DNA of 63,297 bases, the filler included. It is 9 parts of 9 records of this genome, joined end to end, with 100 filler letters (N's around TTAATTAATTAA, not from the genome) between each part and the next. Parts side by side here need not be neighbours in the genome. Positions count along the whole stretch, not along the records: positions 32,602 to 40,478 come from SRR2962707_1300; positions 40,579 to 46,159 come from SRR2962707_1303; positions 46,260 to 52,463 come from SRR2962707_1317; 6 more parts are not named here. One strand, written 5' to 3'. Positions 38,405 to 49,400 of the stretch are shown piece by piece. Numbering within the stretch: the first letter of the stretch is position 1; each line of letters begins with the position of its first letter. Made by a program: the position numbers and the translations under genes. The notes under the pieces are model-generated. The model saw only the letters and a program-made list of their open reading frames with translations. It made no database searches and was not told the DNA's origin.

Positions 38405-40302
38405 TCACGCGAAATCTTTGGGTTTGACCCCCGCACTTTCATCGGTTTCACAATCCATATCTTCAAGGACTTTTTTGTCCTTTTTCATCTGGCTATCCGC
38501 AAGCTGCAAAAAAAAGACGCGGGGGTCGACGTGAGCAATCTCTCTTCCAAGGCACGAGAAGAATCAGCACCACCTCGACCATTGCAATAGTACGAACTTG
38601 TCCCACGAAGTCCATTAAAGCTCTTTTCCGCAGCTTCCACAACTTCAAGTACTTTTTAATTTCGGTTTCCTGCAGTACAAAACACCCCAAGAAACGAGTC
38701 TAAAAGCCAATGTATTTGTCCGGTCAGACGAACGCAACAGACAGCGCAAACCATTCAGACAGACCTGTTTCTTGAGCAGGTCCGGGTCAGGGGGTGGCAT
38801 TGAGCTGTACGCTTCCAACTGGGTCTGTGCCGAATCAACACATTCATCAAGGATAAAGGTAATGTATACACAAGACTGAAACCACGCCTTGGGATTCAAG
38901 TCAATCCGTACACATTCCTACCTTCAAGCTTTGAACTTCGCCGGTCACTGCCTGAACAGCCGCATCGAGCTCTTCGTCAGTCATCGATTTTTCGCTGGCC
39001 TCAACCTTTCGTTGCAGCTTATTGTTTTGACGCGAAAACTTTTCCACCTTGACGAGAAACCGCAAAAAGCCTCAATGTGACACCCAATTTACAGAGCTTC
39101 CAAAGCGAAAGCCAAAGCAAATGCAATCCAAGAAACGGCATGAGACAAAAACTGCAATAAGGTTCACCTCCTCTTTCAGCGACTTGTGCTTCTCTTCCAG
39201 GGCTGCCAATTCCTCGGGGCTCAGCGTCTGAGCAAAGAACAAAGCGAAATACGTCACTGTTGCGTGGACGTTGAATGCACCGAAACGTTGCCCTTCATTA
39301 CGTTGCGTAGAGCAGCACGTACCTCGAAAATGTCTTGATTTAGCCAGAATATCTTTGTTTTGCCGTAGGTCTTCATCTGTATTTTCTCCTCTTTCACGAG
39401 GTGAGCCAGCGCAGTGTCCACCATTTTACGCGGAACTGCACGGTGGAGGTTCTCAAAAATGCCGGTGGCATTGTACGGGCGATTCACCTGCAAGTGGGCC
39501 AACGCACAAAACATTTCATGACAAAGGGATGCTTGGTGTGGACTTTGTGCGCGTTGATACTGTGAACAGCTCTACATCAAGTGGATGCGCTGTTACCTTG
39601 CGCATATAGTTGAAAATCACTTCAGGTGCTTTGCCTTTGGCTACCTTCTTGGGTTTTCCGGCATCTTTCTTCTTCGACTTCTTGGCCTAAAAAAAGTGAA
39701 CGAGAGGCTTAAAGCGGCGCAGCTCATTCGAGAAAAAAGAGCGCTGCACTTGAGCTGGAAGCTGGCGTCGCTCCATACCTGGGGTGTTTCTTTCTGAGAA
39801 GCAGACTTTCGTTTGGCTCTAGCCTGGGCACACAAACAAGAGGCAAGCCTAAAAAAAAAAAGCGCCCACACAAAGCACAACAGCCCGAAATCCATTCACT
39901 CGAGAGCCGTAAATTACCTTCTTCGGCGTTTCAGTCGACGACTGCGAAGACTTGGCTGACGAAGTGGAGGATGACTTCCCGGACTTGGCAGACTTTGCAG
40001 CTTTTCCAGCCTTGGCAGCCTTTCCAGCTTTCCCAGCTTTTCCTTTTTTTGTTGTTGGAGCTTTGTATCAGCAAAGCAAGCACGAGCATGGGGATGTTTT
40101 GATACGACTTCACAAAGAGGCATCGACAGCAGCAACGTCTCTACCCACGCAGAAACCTCTTACCGGGATCGAAGTCCTCGTCGTCGTCAGGTTCGAAGTC
40201 ATCGTCGTCATCTGACTCATCTCCAGGGACGAAGGCTTCCTCGTCCGCTTCTTGCTGGTTGTCCAACTCTTCGTCATCGGTGAATTCTGCAGTGTTTGGC
40301 AT
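38405..40302 (-). CDS. HOP2: Homologous-pairing protein 2 (HOP2/TBPIP), 10 exons
   Basis: Winged helix IFNYMRK|VNRPYNATGIFENLHRAVPRKMVDTALAHLVKEEKIQMKTYGKTKIFWLNQD, then a coiled coil, MTDEEL, WKLRKRALMDF and MDCETDE. All exons were traced in frame. Confidence 0.92.
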
Positions 40303-40478
40303 GGTCAACCGCAACTTTCAACTTTTCGCTCGACCTCCCGGCTCACACACAGTCTGAGACTACCACCACTCCCAACCCACCACGAATGAACCCGCAGCCA
40401 AAAGCAACAGCAACCAGCAGTCTGAAGAAGCCCACACAAAAAAGCACCAAAAAAAAAAAAAAAACACACAAAAAATCA

Positions 40479-40578
40479 NNNNNNNNNNNNNNNNNNNNNN
40501 NNNNNNNNNNNNNNNNNNNNNNTTAATTAATTAANNNNNNNNNNNNNNNNNNNNNNNNNNNNNNNNNNNNNNNNNNNN
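40479..40578. other. Artificial contig linker
   Basis: 44N-TTAATTAATTAA-44N. Confidence 0.99.
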
Positions 40579-41112
40579 CGAATCATCGCTCAATGCACTG
40601 TTGTGCTTTTAAATGGGCCGGCATGATCATTATTGTAGTATTGTATTAAGCGGAGCCGGCCCAGACGCGCAGTGAGGCCCGTGCAGGTGTGAGAACCAGA
40701 CACAAACTCGTGAGTGAAGTGAGTGCGTCGCTGGGGGACTTTTGGTTTCTGCAGTCGGACCCGGGCTGGCGTTAGCTGCTGCAAGTAAGTGGTCTTGAAA
40801 CTCAGCCAAAAGATTTCCAAAGGGTGCACGCGCCAGGAGTCGTGAGACGGAAGCAGTGCGGATGATGTAATGTGTGCGCGCACGCAGCTTGTGCCGATTG
40901 CGACAACAACACGAAGAAAGGGCAGGCGTATTGTTGCACTGCACAATATCGATGACTTGACTCGTAAGTTTATGGTCAAAAAAATGAATGCTCGAATTTC
41001 AAAGCGCCGGAGCGAAACGCTGCGCCAAAGCCAAGGCAACATAAATAAACAGATGGCGCCGACAGCCCTCGTGCTACAGCCGCGCCATAGTCGCCATAAT
41101 GCAATCTGCATG

Positions 41113-44100
41113 TCAATTCCGTGACGCCCTTCGCGCTGCGGCAGGTTTGCGGCGACCTGCAGCGCTTGGAGATACGGTCCCCCGTTCCTTTTTGCGCCGG
41201 TCCTTCTCGCGGCGTTTTTCAGACGCCTTTGACGCTTCCTTTATTTGCGAGCGTGTCAGCACAATTCCTGGAGATTGGTCAACGCCACCAACATCGACGA
41301 TGGCGTCGTGCTTGTCTCGTGCGACGTTGGTGTCCAGGTAGTTGGAATCGACGACTGTGTCTCCCACGCGAGTGCCAAGAGCAGCTGCAACTTCGTCGTA
41401 CTTTCCAACAATCTGCGGAACCATCATTTCTTTCGAAATCTTGGCCAGTAGCTTGTTGTCCGCTTGTTCCGAATCGACCTTGTGCTTTGGGCTTGCGTGA
41501 GCGGTGGTCTTCTTCAGCTCCAGAAGCTTGTTGTGCATTAGCCGCAGGACTGGCAACAGGTCAAGTTTTTCGATGGAGGAGTGCCGCCCAATGTCCATCA
41601 TGTGCGCCAGGTGCAGAATGCCGCTCTTGACATCTTTGAGCAAGGCACGCGCTTGTGCAAACTTTTCATGGTTTCGCTTGAGCTGATTTTCGGCCTCGAA
41701 GTTAAGGTCATCAATGTGCCTAATTTGTCGCGACGTAACAACCTGCGCAACAACATTCTCGTTCTCGACGTCCTTCTGCAGTGCTTCTTTCTGTTGTTGG
41801 AGAGCAGCGAGCTTGGCCTTGTATTCCTGATGCTGCTTTAATAGCTGGGCTTCTTCAGCGTCCTTGTTCATGTACTTGGAGAAGATGGCATCGGGATCGC
41901 TCAAACCCGTGGCTTTCACAATCTTTTCGAAAGCGTCCTGATATTTTCCCAGCTGTTTCTTGAAGTTGTTGGCAGTTTTGCTGAGGTGCTTATTGTACAC
42001 CGTTTGCTGCGTCGTCAGCGCCTTCAACCGCCGTTCTTCCTTGAAGTTAAGATCTCCAGCAACCTCCGCGAGAATGGCAGAACGCCGGTGATTGAGCTCT
42101 TTAGTCTCTTCGTGGTCTTTCTCCAGATCCTTGTGGACATCATCGAGCCGCTTGAGCACGGTTTCCTGCAGTTTGCGGCTGCGCTTGAGCTCTTTCTCCA
42201 GTTTAGGTTTTTCATGTTGCGACAGCTGCCGAAGCTCGAACTCCGCAGCACTGAGGCGCTTCATGGCTGCGTGTAGCTCAGCTTTGCAGTCCTGGGCCAA
42301 TTTGTCCCGTTCATTGACGATTACTTTGTCTTTGAACGGGTTCTTTTCACAAACGGCTAAGATTTTCTGGTAAAAAACGGTTGTTCGCTTCGCTCGGTCC
42401 ACGGCGGAGTTCACCTTGATCATGCGCGCCTCCAACTCTGCCATGTACTGTTCCCCTGTCTGCAGGCACTTCTCTGTGAAAGCATCTTGCTTCTCCCGCT
42501 CAGAAACTTGCAACCGCAGCTGTCCGAGCTGCTTTTGAAGCTTATTGGACTCATACATGAGTTTGTCGTGCTTCTCGCGAAGTTTCATTAGCATTCCTGT
42601 GGCTTCAGCTCGCTTGGCCTCTGTGACCGTAATTGGGTAAGATGTCAGGTGCGCAGGGAGGTTCTGAAGGTGCACTGCAGTATCTGTTGCTGTGGAAGGC
42701 AATGCTCGTTTGTCGGCAGGAATTATGCCCCCGGAAAATATGGGCGTCAGACGCTGTCCTTTCTCACGCAAGTTTGCTTCCACGGACGGGAATCGAGACC
42801 CATGTTTCTTTGCACGGGTGGTTGGGGCTGAGAACGGAATTTCGGCACCGTAATTCACAACACGGTCCGAGCGCGAAACAGCGTCAGCTTTCCGCTCAGA
42901 TCCACTCACTTTTCGTGATTTAACAAGTTCGGAACTAACATCTGTTCGCACAGCTGGACTTGATGCCTTGAGTCTCGCGTTTAACCGAGCGCTATTTATG
43001 GCAGCAGGCCCTTTCGACGGTGGTACCTTCTTGGTCGCCCAAAAGCTTTTCTTCATAATTGACACGTAGTCCCCGCCATTTCCCCCAACGGTTCCTGGCC
43101 CACCGGTGGAAGCAGATGAACTTACGGCAGCAGCTTCATTGTTCTCTCCAAGACCTTCGCCACCATCGCCACTGCCGTCACCTCCATTGTTACTATCTGC
43201 GCCTGCATTGTTGATATTACCGTCGTCGTCGAGCGTCCCAAGAGCCAGCCACGGAAACATCACCCACAGCCATCGCTTGTAAAAATAGTATGGAGCTTTA
43301 CCAGAGATGTCCTTCCCCCTGAGGTTGATAGCTGCGATTGTACCGTGGTCAAGAGGCGGGTGCAAAAAATCTGGAACTCGAGACTCGAATCTTGCGAAGT
43401 CTTCGAAGAAATGGAGAATCAAGTCAGCCAAGTATCTGCATAGTTCAACCGCAAAACAAACACAGCCATGATGAGGTAGAGTCGCATTGGCATTGTCCAG
43501 TGCTTGCTGACGCTCGTAGACTTCTGCGGCAGTCACAAAATACGTACGTGATGTCCGCAGTCGGCGGATTTTCGTCACGCACAAACACCATCAAAGATCG
43601 CGCAAACTCGTCGACGGGATCGTAATGCCGGCCAGATGGGTTTCCAAAGTTCCAATCGTCGTTTTTGGACCGAATACCCGACGCGAGCATCCGCCAGAAT
43701 CGAGTGAGTGACGCACACCAAAAGCACCCAGACTCACACAAGAGGCGGAAGGTGTGCATGTTGGTGATTTCTGTTTTGAGCTCACGCCACTTTCCACAAA
43801 ATTCCAAGGCAAATGGTAGTTCTTCCATTCTGCGGTAATTTCGTGGTTGATTTTTGAAAAATACACAAATGTGCGAGGACAGACGCCGTTTCGTCTTTGA
43901 GAAGTGATCGTCGCCAAAAAGGGACGCCACGACCTGGGGGAGCACTGTCAGTGATGGTGGAAGCACAAGGAGCTTCCCAAGGATCACCCTAAGTCCTAAC
44001 GGTTCCAACGCTTGCAGAAATCTTCGCCGGTTGTCTGCAGGATGGTCTTTCACATCATGCCCGGCCACTTCCAGCATGGCCCACAGTTCGCCAGCCCGCA

Positions 44101-45778
44101 ACCCGTAGTGGGCGGCGCAAAGCAGTCCAAGTGCGTGCCGAAAGGCCTCGCCGAAACCCTCGAATTTGGTGCCACCATCAAGATAGCTTGGCACCTCTGC
44201 TAGGTCATCGGGGGCATGGGGAAGGTCAATTTCCTCGTCCTCCAATACCACTTCAGTGTACCTGCACAATCACAGTTTCAAAGTTGAACAATAAGAGCAG
44301 TAGGACGCCAATGACCATCATATATTGACGCCCAAAAAAGAACCGGCAAAAGGCGCACGCGCGACGAACGATTGGGTTCCGGGGTCGGCATCGAGCTGAG
44401 CGTCGATATCGGTCGTGCCGTTGAGCTCTTCATTCTCAATCAGGCGTAGTGACCTTCGTTGGCCAGTCATCGTGGTTTCTCGGCGAAGTGCTGAAATTCC
44501 ACCAGCAATTTTTTGTGCCTCCGACGAGCCCATGCTCAATCCATCTTCCCATAAGTTGATGATGGCTTGAATTAGCTCAAATTCAGAAGTCGATGCGAGC
44601 AATTTGTCCAGCACCCCCCAAAGATCCATATCCCATTTCGCTGTCAAGCGCAACATCTTAAACACCATGACAAGGCAATGCGTTGATTTCGAAAGCAGTG
44701 GGTGCTCTGCAATTTGACGGAACGTCTTTTCGAAGATGTAGAACTCAAACACTTTCAGCGGGATCCGCGGCTCCGGGTTTTCTTCTTCGCCATCATCGCT
44801 GTCATTGCCGCCCTCGTTGTCACTGCCGCTTCTACTGCCACCGGTGCTGGCCGCGGCTACGGCCGCGGCAGCTTCTTCTGGATCAGCATTGGGGTCCACA
44901 ATGTACTCTTTCTTTTCGCAGAATGCCTTGCACAGAACAATCCTGCTTGCAGAGTCCATATCTTCCATGTGGATGACTGCTAAGCCACGTCGCGTAAGCA
45001 GCTCTTGGCTTAGTCTATTAAGGCGGATGTCGGTCTCTGAAATTTGCTGTTTTTTTCGGCGAGTGACTTGCAGTGAATCGTTCTGGTTGCCACTACCTTC
45101 TCCATCATCTCCACCGTCACTTTGGTTGTTGGATCCAATGTCTGCCGTGAGAAACGTCTGGTCCGCCGTGGGATTGCCCAACAGCATCGACGGTTCCGAA
45201 AACGACAGCACAACGCGAACGTTTGGTGGGAACACAGTTGGCAGCCAACGCAAGTTGTCCCGGCGCTCCACCAGCTTAAGCATTTCAAGGCCGTCCACCA
45301 CAATAATGATTCGCCCCTTGCCGGCGCAAAACTCGAGCATCCGAGGAAAGTCCCATGTCAAGTGTTCTTCGTCGAAAGTCACCTCAGACTTAAGTCGGAA
45401 AAAGTCCCTCATGCGAAGGCAACACCGGTACAGGAAGTTGCGCACCTGTTTGCTCGGAGTGTTGCAACCCGCAAAGTGGTAAATGATGAGGTCCTTCTTG
45501 TTCGGATTATTCATTTTGCGGTGGCCGATCCAACTGGCAAGCAAGGCACTTTTTCCACACCCTCGCCGCCCGACAACAGCCAGCGGCTTACGCGGCTCGC
45601 TCATCATTTTGGGGTTGCAGAACTCCTCCAGAGTTCGGAAGACGTCGTTGTCATTCTGCTTCGCGTCGTCGACCATATTCCAGCTGGAAATATGGTAGGC
45701 GAGAGTGACAGCCTGAAATACCTCCTGCCGCCCCTCATCGTCTACAACTTGCCCGCTATCGGGGATGTTTTCGCCCAT
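41113..45778 (-). CDS. NPHP3/TTC41-like NACHT-type P-loop NTPase fused to a C-terminal ODA-docking-complex-like coiled coil; 3 exons
   Basis: Walker A VVGRRGCGKSALLA, YHFAGC, Walker B IIIVVDGL, WLPTVFPPNVRVVLS and RRMEELPFAL. In-frame introns lie at about 44262-44368 and 43436-43547. The coiled coil contains YQDAFEKIVKATGLSDPDAIFSKY. Confidence 0.8.
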
Positions 45779-46159
45779 GGCTGTTGAACCTCCACTTGCC
45801 AACAACAATGTGCCGTGAAAGGGCCAGCGAGCCAACCGCCTTCAAACAAGTGTTTTCGAGTTCAAAATCTGATGCAAGGGAGAAAGTGAAAGAAGAAAAA
45901 ATCGGGATATCGCCCGTATGTGTTATGCGGCACAGGAAATCCCTGCCACAAAACCACGACACAGCCGATACTAAGAGGCAATTAGCCCAAAAACCGCCAC
46001 CGCAAACCGCCACACCCGCACGCACGCACGCCCACAAAACCAAGAGCAAGAGCAAGCGCAAGCGCAGAAAAAAAGCGACCAGCGAATGTGTACGTCGAAG
46101 AGACACTTTGCACAGCAAATCACGCAAGCCACACACACGCGCGCACGCACGCACACGCA

Positions 46160-46259
46160 NNNNNNNNNNNNNNNNNNNNNNNNNNNNNNNNNNNNNNNNN
46201 NNNTTAATTAATTAANNNNNNNNNNNNNNNNNNNNNNNNNNNNNNNNNNNNNNNNNNNN
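46160..46259. other. Artificial contig linker
   Basis: 44N-TTAATTAATTAA-44N. Confidence 0.99.
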
Positions 46260-46498
46260 AGGAGGACGAGGAGGAGGACGACGAGGAGGGACGAGGACAC
46301 GACGGTGAAGGGAAAGGAAGTCAAGAGAAAATATTTCTTGAAAAGCAAAGTTCTACGCGGCGCCGAAAAGAACGCTCTGCCAGGTAGGTGGTGTGGCCGC
46401 GTCCTCCTGCTGGCGCATCTTCTGCTGCGCGTGCGTGCGTGCGCCTCACAGGCTCGGGCACGGGCACGGGCACAGGCACAGGCACAAGCACTTTGAAT

Positions 46499-49400
46499 AT
46501 GTCGTCGAGCAGTGTGGCGCTGGAGTGCCCTTGGTTCCACGTTGATCCGTCTGTCCCTGCAGTGCAGTGGCACTACCGTGACGGGTTTCAGGATGTGGTG
46601 GTGGGAGGGGCGGGTCGCACGACTAGCTTGAGCCGCGTGTTTGTGCGGACTTCTGCGACGGACGCAACTCACGTCGACGTGCGCCTGACAGACTCTGTGT
46701 TCGCTGCCAAAGAGTGGATTCATGCCAGCGAGGTTGCGACCAAGGAGTGGATCAACGCGAAAGAAGGCATCCCGCCGCACTTTCAGTCACTCACTCTAGG
46801 CAACCGTGTGCTCGACGACGATCGGTCTCTCCGTTCGCAGGGCGTGACCGCGAATTGCACGTTGCGCCTTGTGGACAAACGTCCGCTTGGACACCAGGAA
46901 AGTGCTGGAGCTTCGTACCCGTCAGCTCCAAAGCAAGTGAGACTCCGAATCAAAACGTTCTGCAAAACAATCACTTTGCGAGCGCGCCTCACTGACTCGG
47001 TCTTCCGCCTCAAGGAGTGGATTCATTCATCAGAGGGCATCCCACCACGGTTCCAGAAACTGCAATTCGGAGCTACAATTCTTGATGATAATTCAACATT
47101 GCGATCCCACGGTGTTCGCAAAGATAGCTGCCTTCATCTTGTGGACGAGCGCACTGTCTCGTGGTCGTGCTTGAAAACTACTTCTGCTCAGGGGGATGGC
47201 GTTGGGACAAGGGCCGCCGTCTTTTTCCAGTCTCACGGCTCGACTTTGGACATTTTCTGCGTTGAAAAGAATGAAATACCTCTGGATCGGCTATCGCTTG
47301 AATTCCCTGACAACGAGGAGGTGTGTGAAGTATTTCCTGTAACTGCTGCTGTGCTTTATTTGTTGGTTGCGGCTTGGACACACACAGATTATATGCTTGC
47401 GTGTTGCGTGGGGTACGTCTTGTGCGGGGCGTAGGTTCTAGACAATGTGAACGTCACGACCTGGCCATCAACTAAGAAGGATGTCCCGGATGTCATTTCT
47501 ATCCAATTCATCACTCGATGTTCAACACCGACAGAAGATGTGTACAAAGTGTATAATTTCCGTCGAGAGGAAAAAGGAGACTGGAAGCCCACCCACCGCA
47601 GTCACAGCGGTACCTATGTTCCCTTTTCGATTTCTCGTGCTGGAACGAGCAAAGGTGGAAGTACTGAAGGACGCGCTTCGCCATCAGCCATCACGGGAGT
47701 CGGCACTTCCGGTGGTAGCTTGAGCGGGGGCGCTCTCGATCTTACCTACGTGACCATTCAAAGCTTTGCATGGACACGAACGGGGCACATCCTCGATCCA
47801 GCTGGCGTCACTGATGAGCTGATCTTTTGCGAATGCGCTGAAGATCGAGTATCGGTGCGCTGTCTTGACCTGTCGCCTGCACAACAAGTGCAACCTGGAA
47901 GCTCAGATGCTTCCCACAATACCGAGCTGGTGGTTGCACGTGAAGTAGACTCGTTTAGGAAAGAGAGCCTAATGAAATCATTGTTGAAGTGCTGTTGGCC
48001 TGACCGGACGCATCTGCTTTCATCAGTTCATCGCGTGAACAATTCTACAATAGCGGCACTATTTGCAATGGACAACGAGTACACTCTGCACTTGCTGGCG
48101 CGTCAGCCGAATGGTCGGTTTCGCCGAACGGCCATTCCATTGGAACAAGGTGCTCTTGGATCGGAGTTCAAGCAAGTTGCCGTTTCCGACCCAATTTACT
48201 CAAGTCCGGGGCAGCCAACTTTTCGTACGTTGCCGCTGGCTGGGGAAACTTTGTTTTGCACACTGACACAAAGCATTTCTAGATGTATGGCCTTGGAGTC
48301 AAACTAAGCAGGCCTTGCCATGTTTTTGACTGTGCGAATAGGGCTGTGCATTGTTACCAATCGCCACATCCTGGTGTATAACCTTGAGTGGCAGGCCGAG
48401 GAGCTTCCAGCAGTGGAACTGCTCGGCTTCGGTATTGGTCGGGGTCAAACCCTTCAGCGTCTCGTGACCGACCCAAACACCGTGCGCGTGACCCCGTGGA
48501 TGGCTGGCTGGAATGCCATTCCGGATATCCGAATGGGGTCAGACGAAAAGCTTTGGCTTGTTGTGGAACAGGATCCACGGCCCCGCCACGACCGTGCGCG
48601 CCATATGACCGCACAAATATATTGGGCAAACACCAAGTCGGCAAGGCGTGGAAGTTTTTCTTTTACTCCAACAGCAAATTTGCGAGCTGAAGATGTGCAA
48701 GCGCTGCGTGCCAATGCAAACCTGTCGGAAGTTGTTAGTCCGCGACGGTGAGTGGACCCGTCTGGACTCGCTTTTGTTGAGATTCCACTCTTGAATAAAG
48801 TTCGAAGTGGTGTTTTAATGCATTTCTGCTGACCTCCTTTTGTGTTGCCAACAGGCACTCCCTGGCTGGTGTTGATTTTGGAGGGCTTACCTTCAACTGC
48901 TGCAGCTTTGGATCCAGCGTTACAGCATTTGTGCATGTCGACCAAAGAGAGCTTGCCCTACCGATGCCAGATCGTCATTCGGCATCGCCTGTATTTGAAC
49001 ATTGCGAATTGATTTTTCCTGACTTTGACGATGACGCGGGCCCCGCTTTTTCTGCTGCTTCCGCCTTGGATGGACCTCAGCATTGGTCAGCAATGATTCA
49101 GCGCACGCTGCTGCGTTTCCAACTCCAGCAGGCGGCTCGCAGTCATCGTCTCGGCCACGATCAGAGCTCCCAAGAAACCGGTTTCGATGGCGACTTTCTT
49201 CTCGCTGATGATCTCTTTGTGGATGCAGACGATGGGCGCTTGCGCTATTTTCTGCAAGCGGCCGCACGGCGGCTTGTCTGTGTCTGGCACGGTGTGGACC
49301 CATCCATTTCTGCTCCTGCTGCAGCGCTGCGCAAACTTCAGCGTCAGCTTGGCGTGATCTCGAACGACCTTCAGCATTTGCCCGATTTCCTTGAAAAAGC

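Noticed and set aside
40579-41000. Possible last exons of a plus-strand gene (YCIKRSRPRRAVRPVQ|SDPGWR*)
   Set aside because: Too short and truncated to support a call.
43524-43547. Possible 24-nt micro-intron (gtacgt...ccgcag) in the NTPase gene
   Set aside because: It keeps a frame that soon stops. The longer intron of about 110 nt from the same donor gives the productive frame.
44805-45787. Long antisense ORFs (also 9274-10014, 13194-13853, 17421-18002)
   Set aside because: These are shadow ORFs of GC-rich coding exons on the opposite strand, with no independent motifs.
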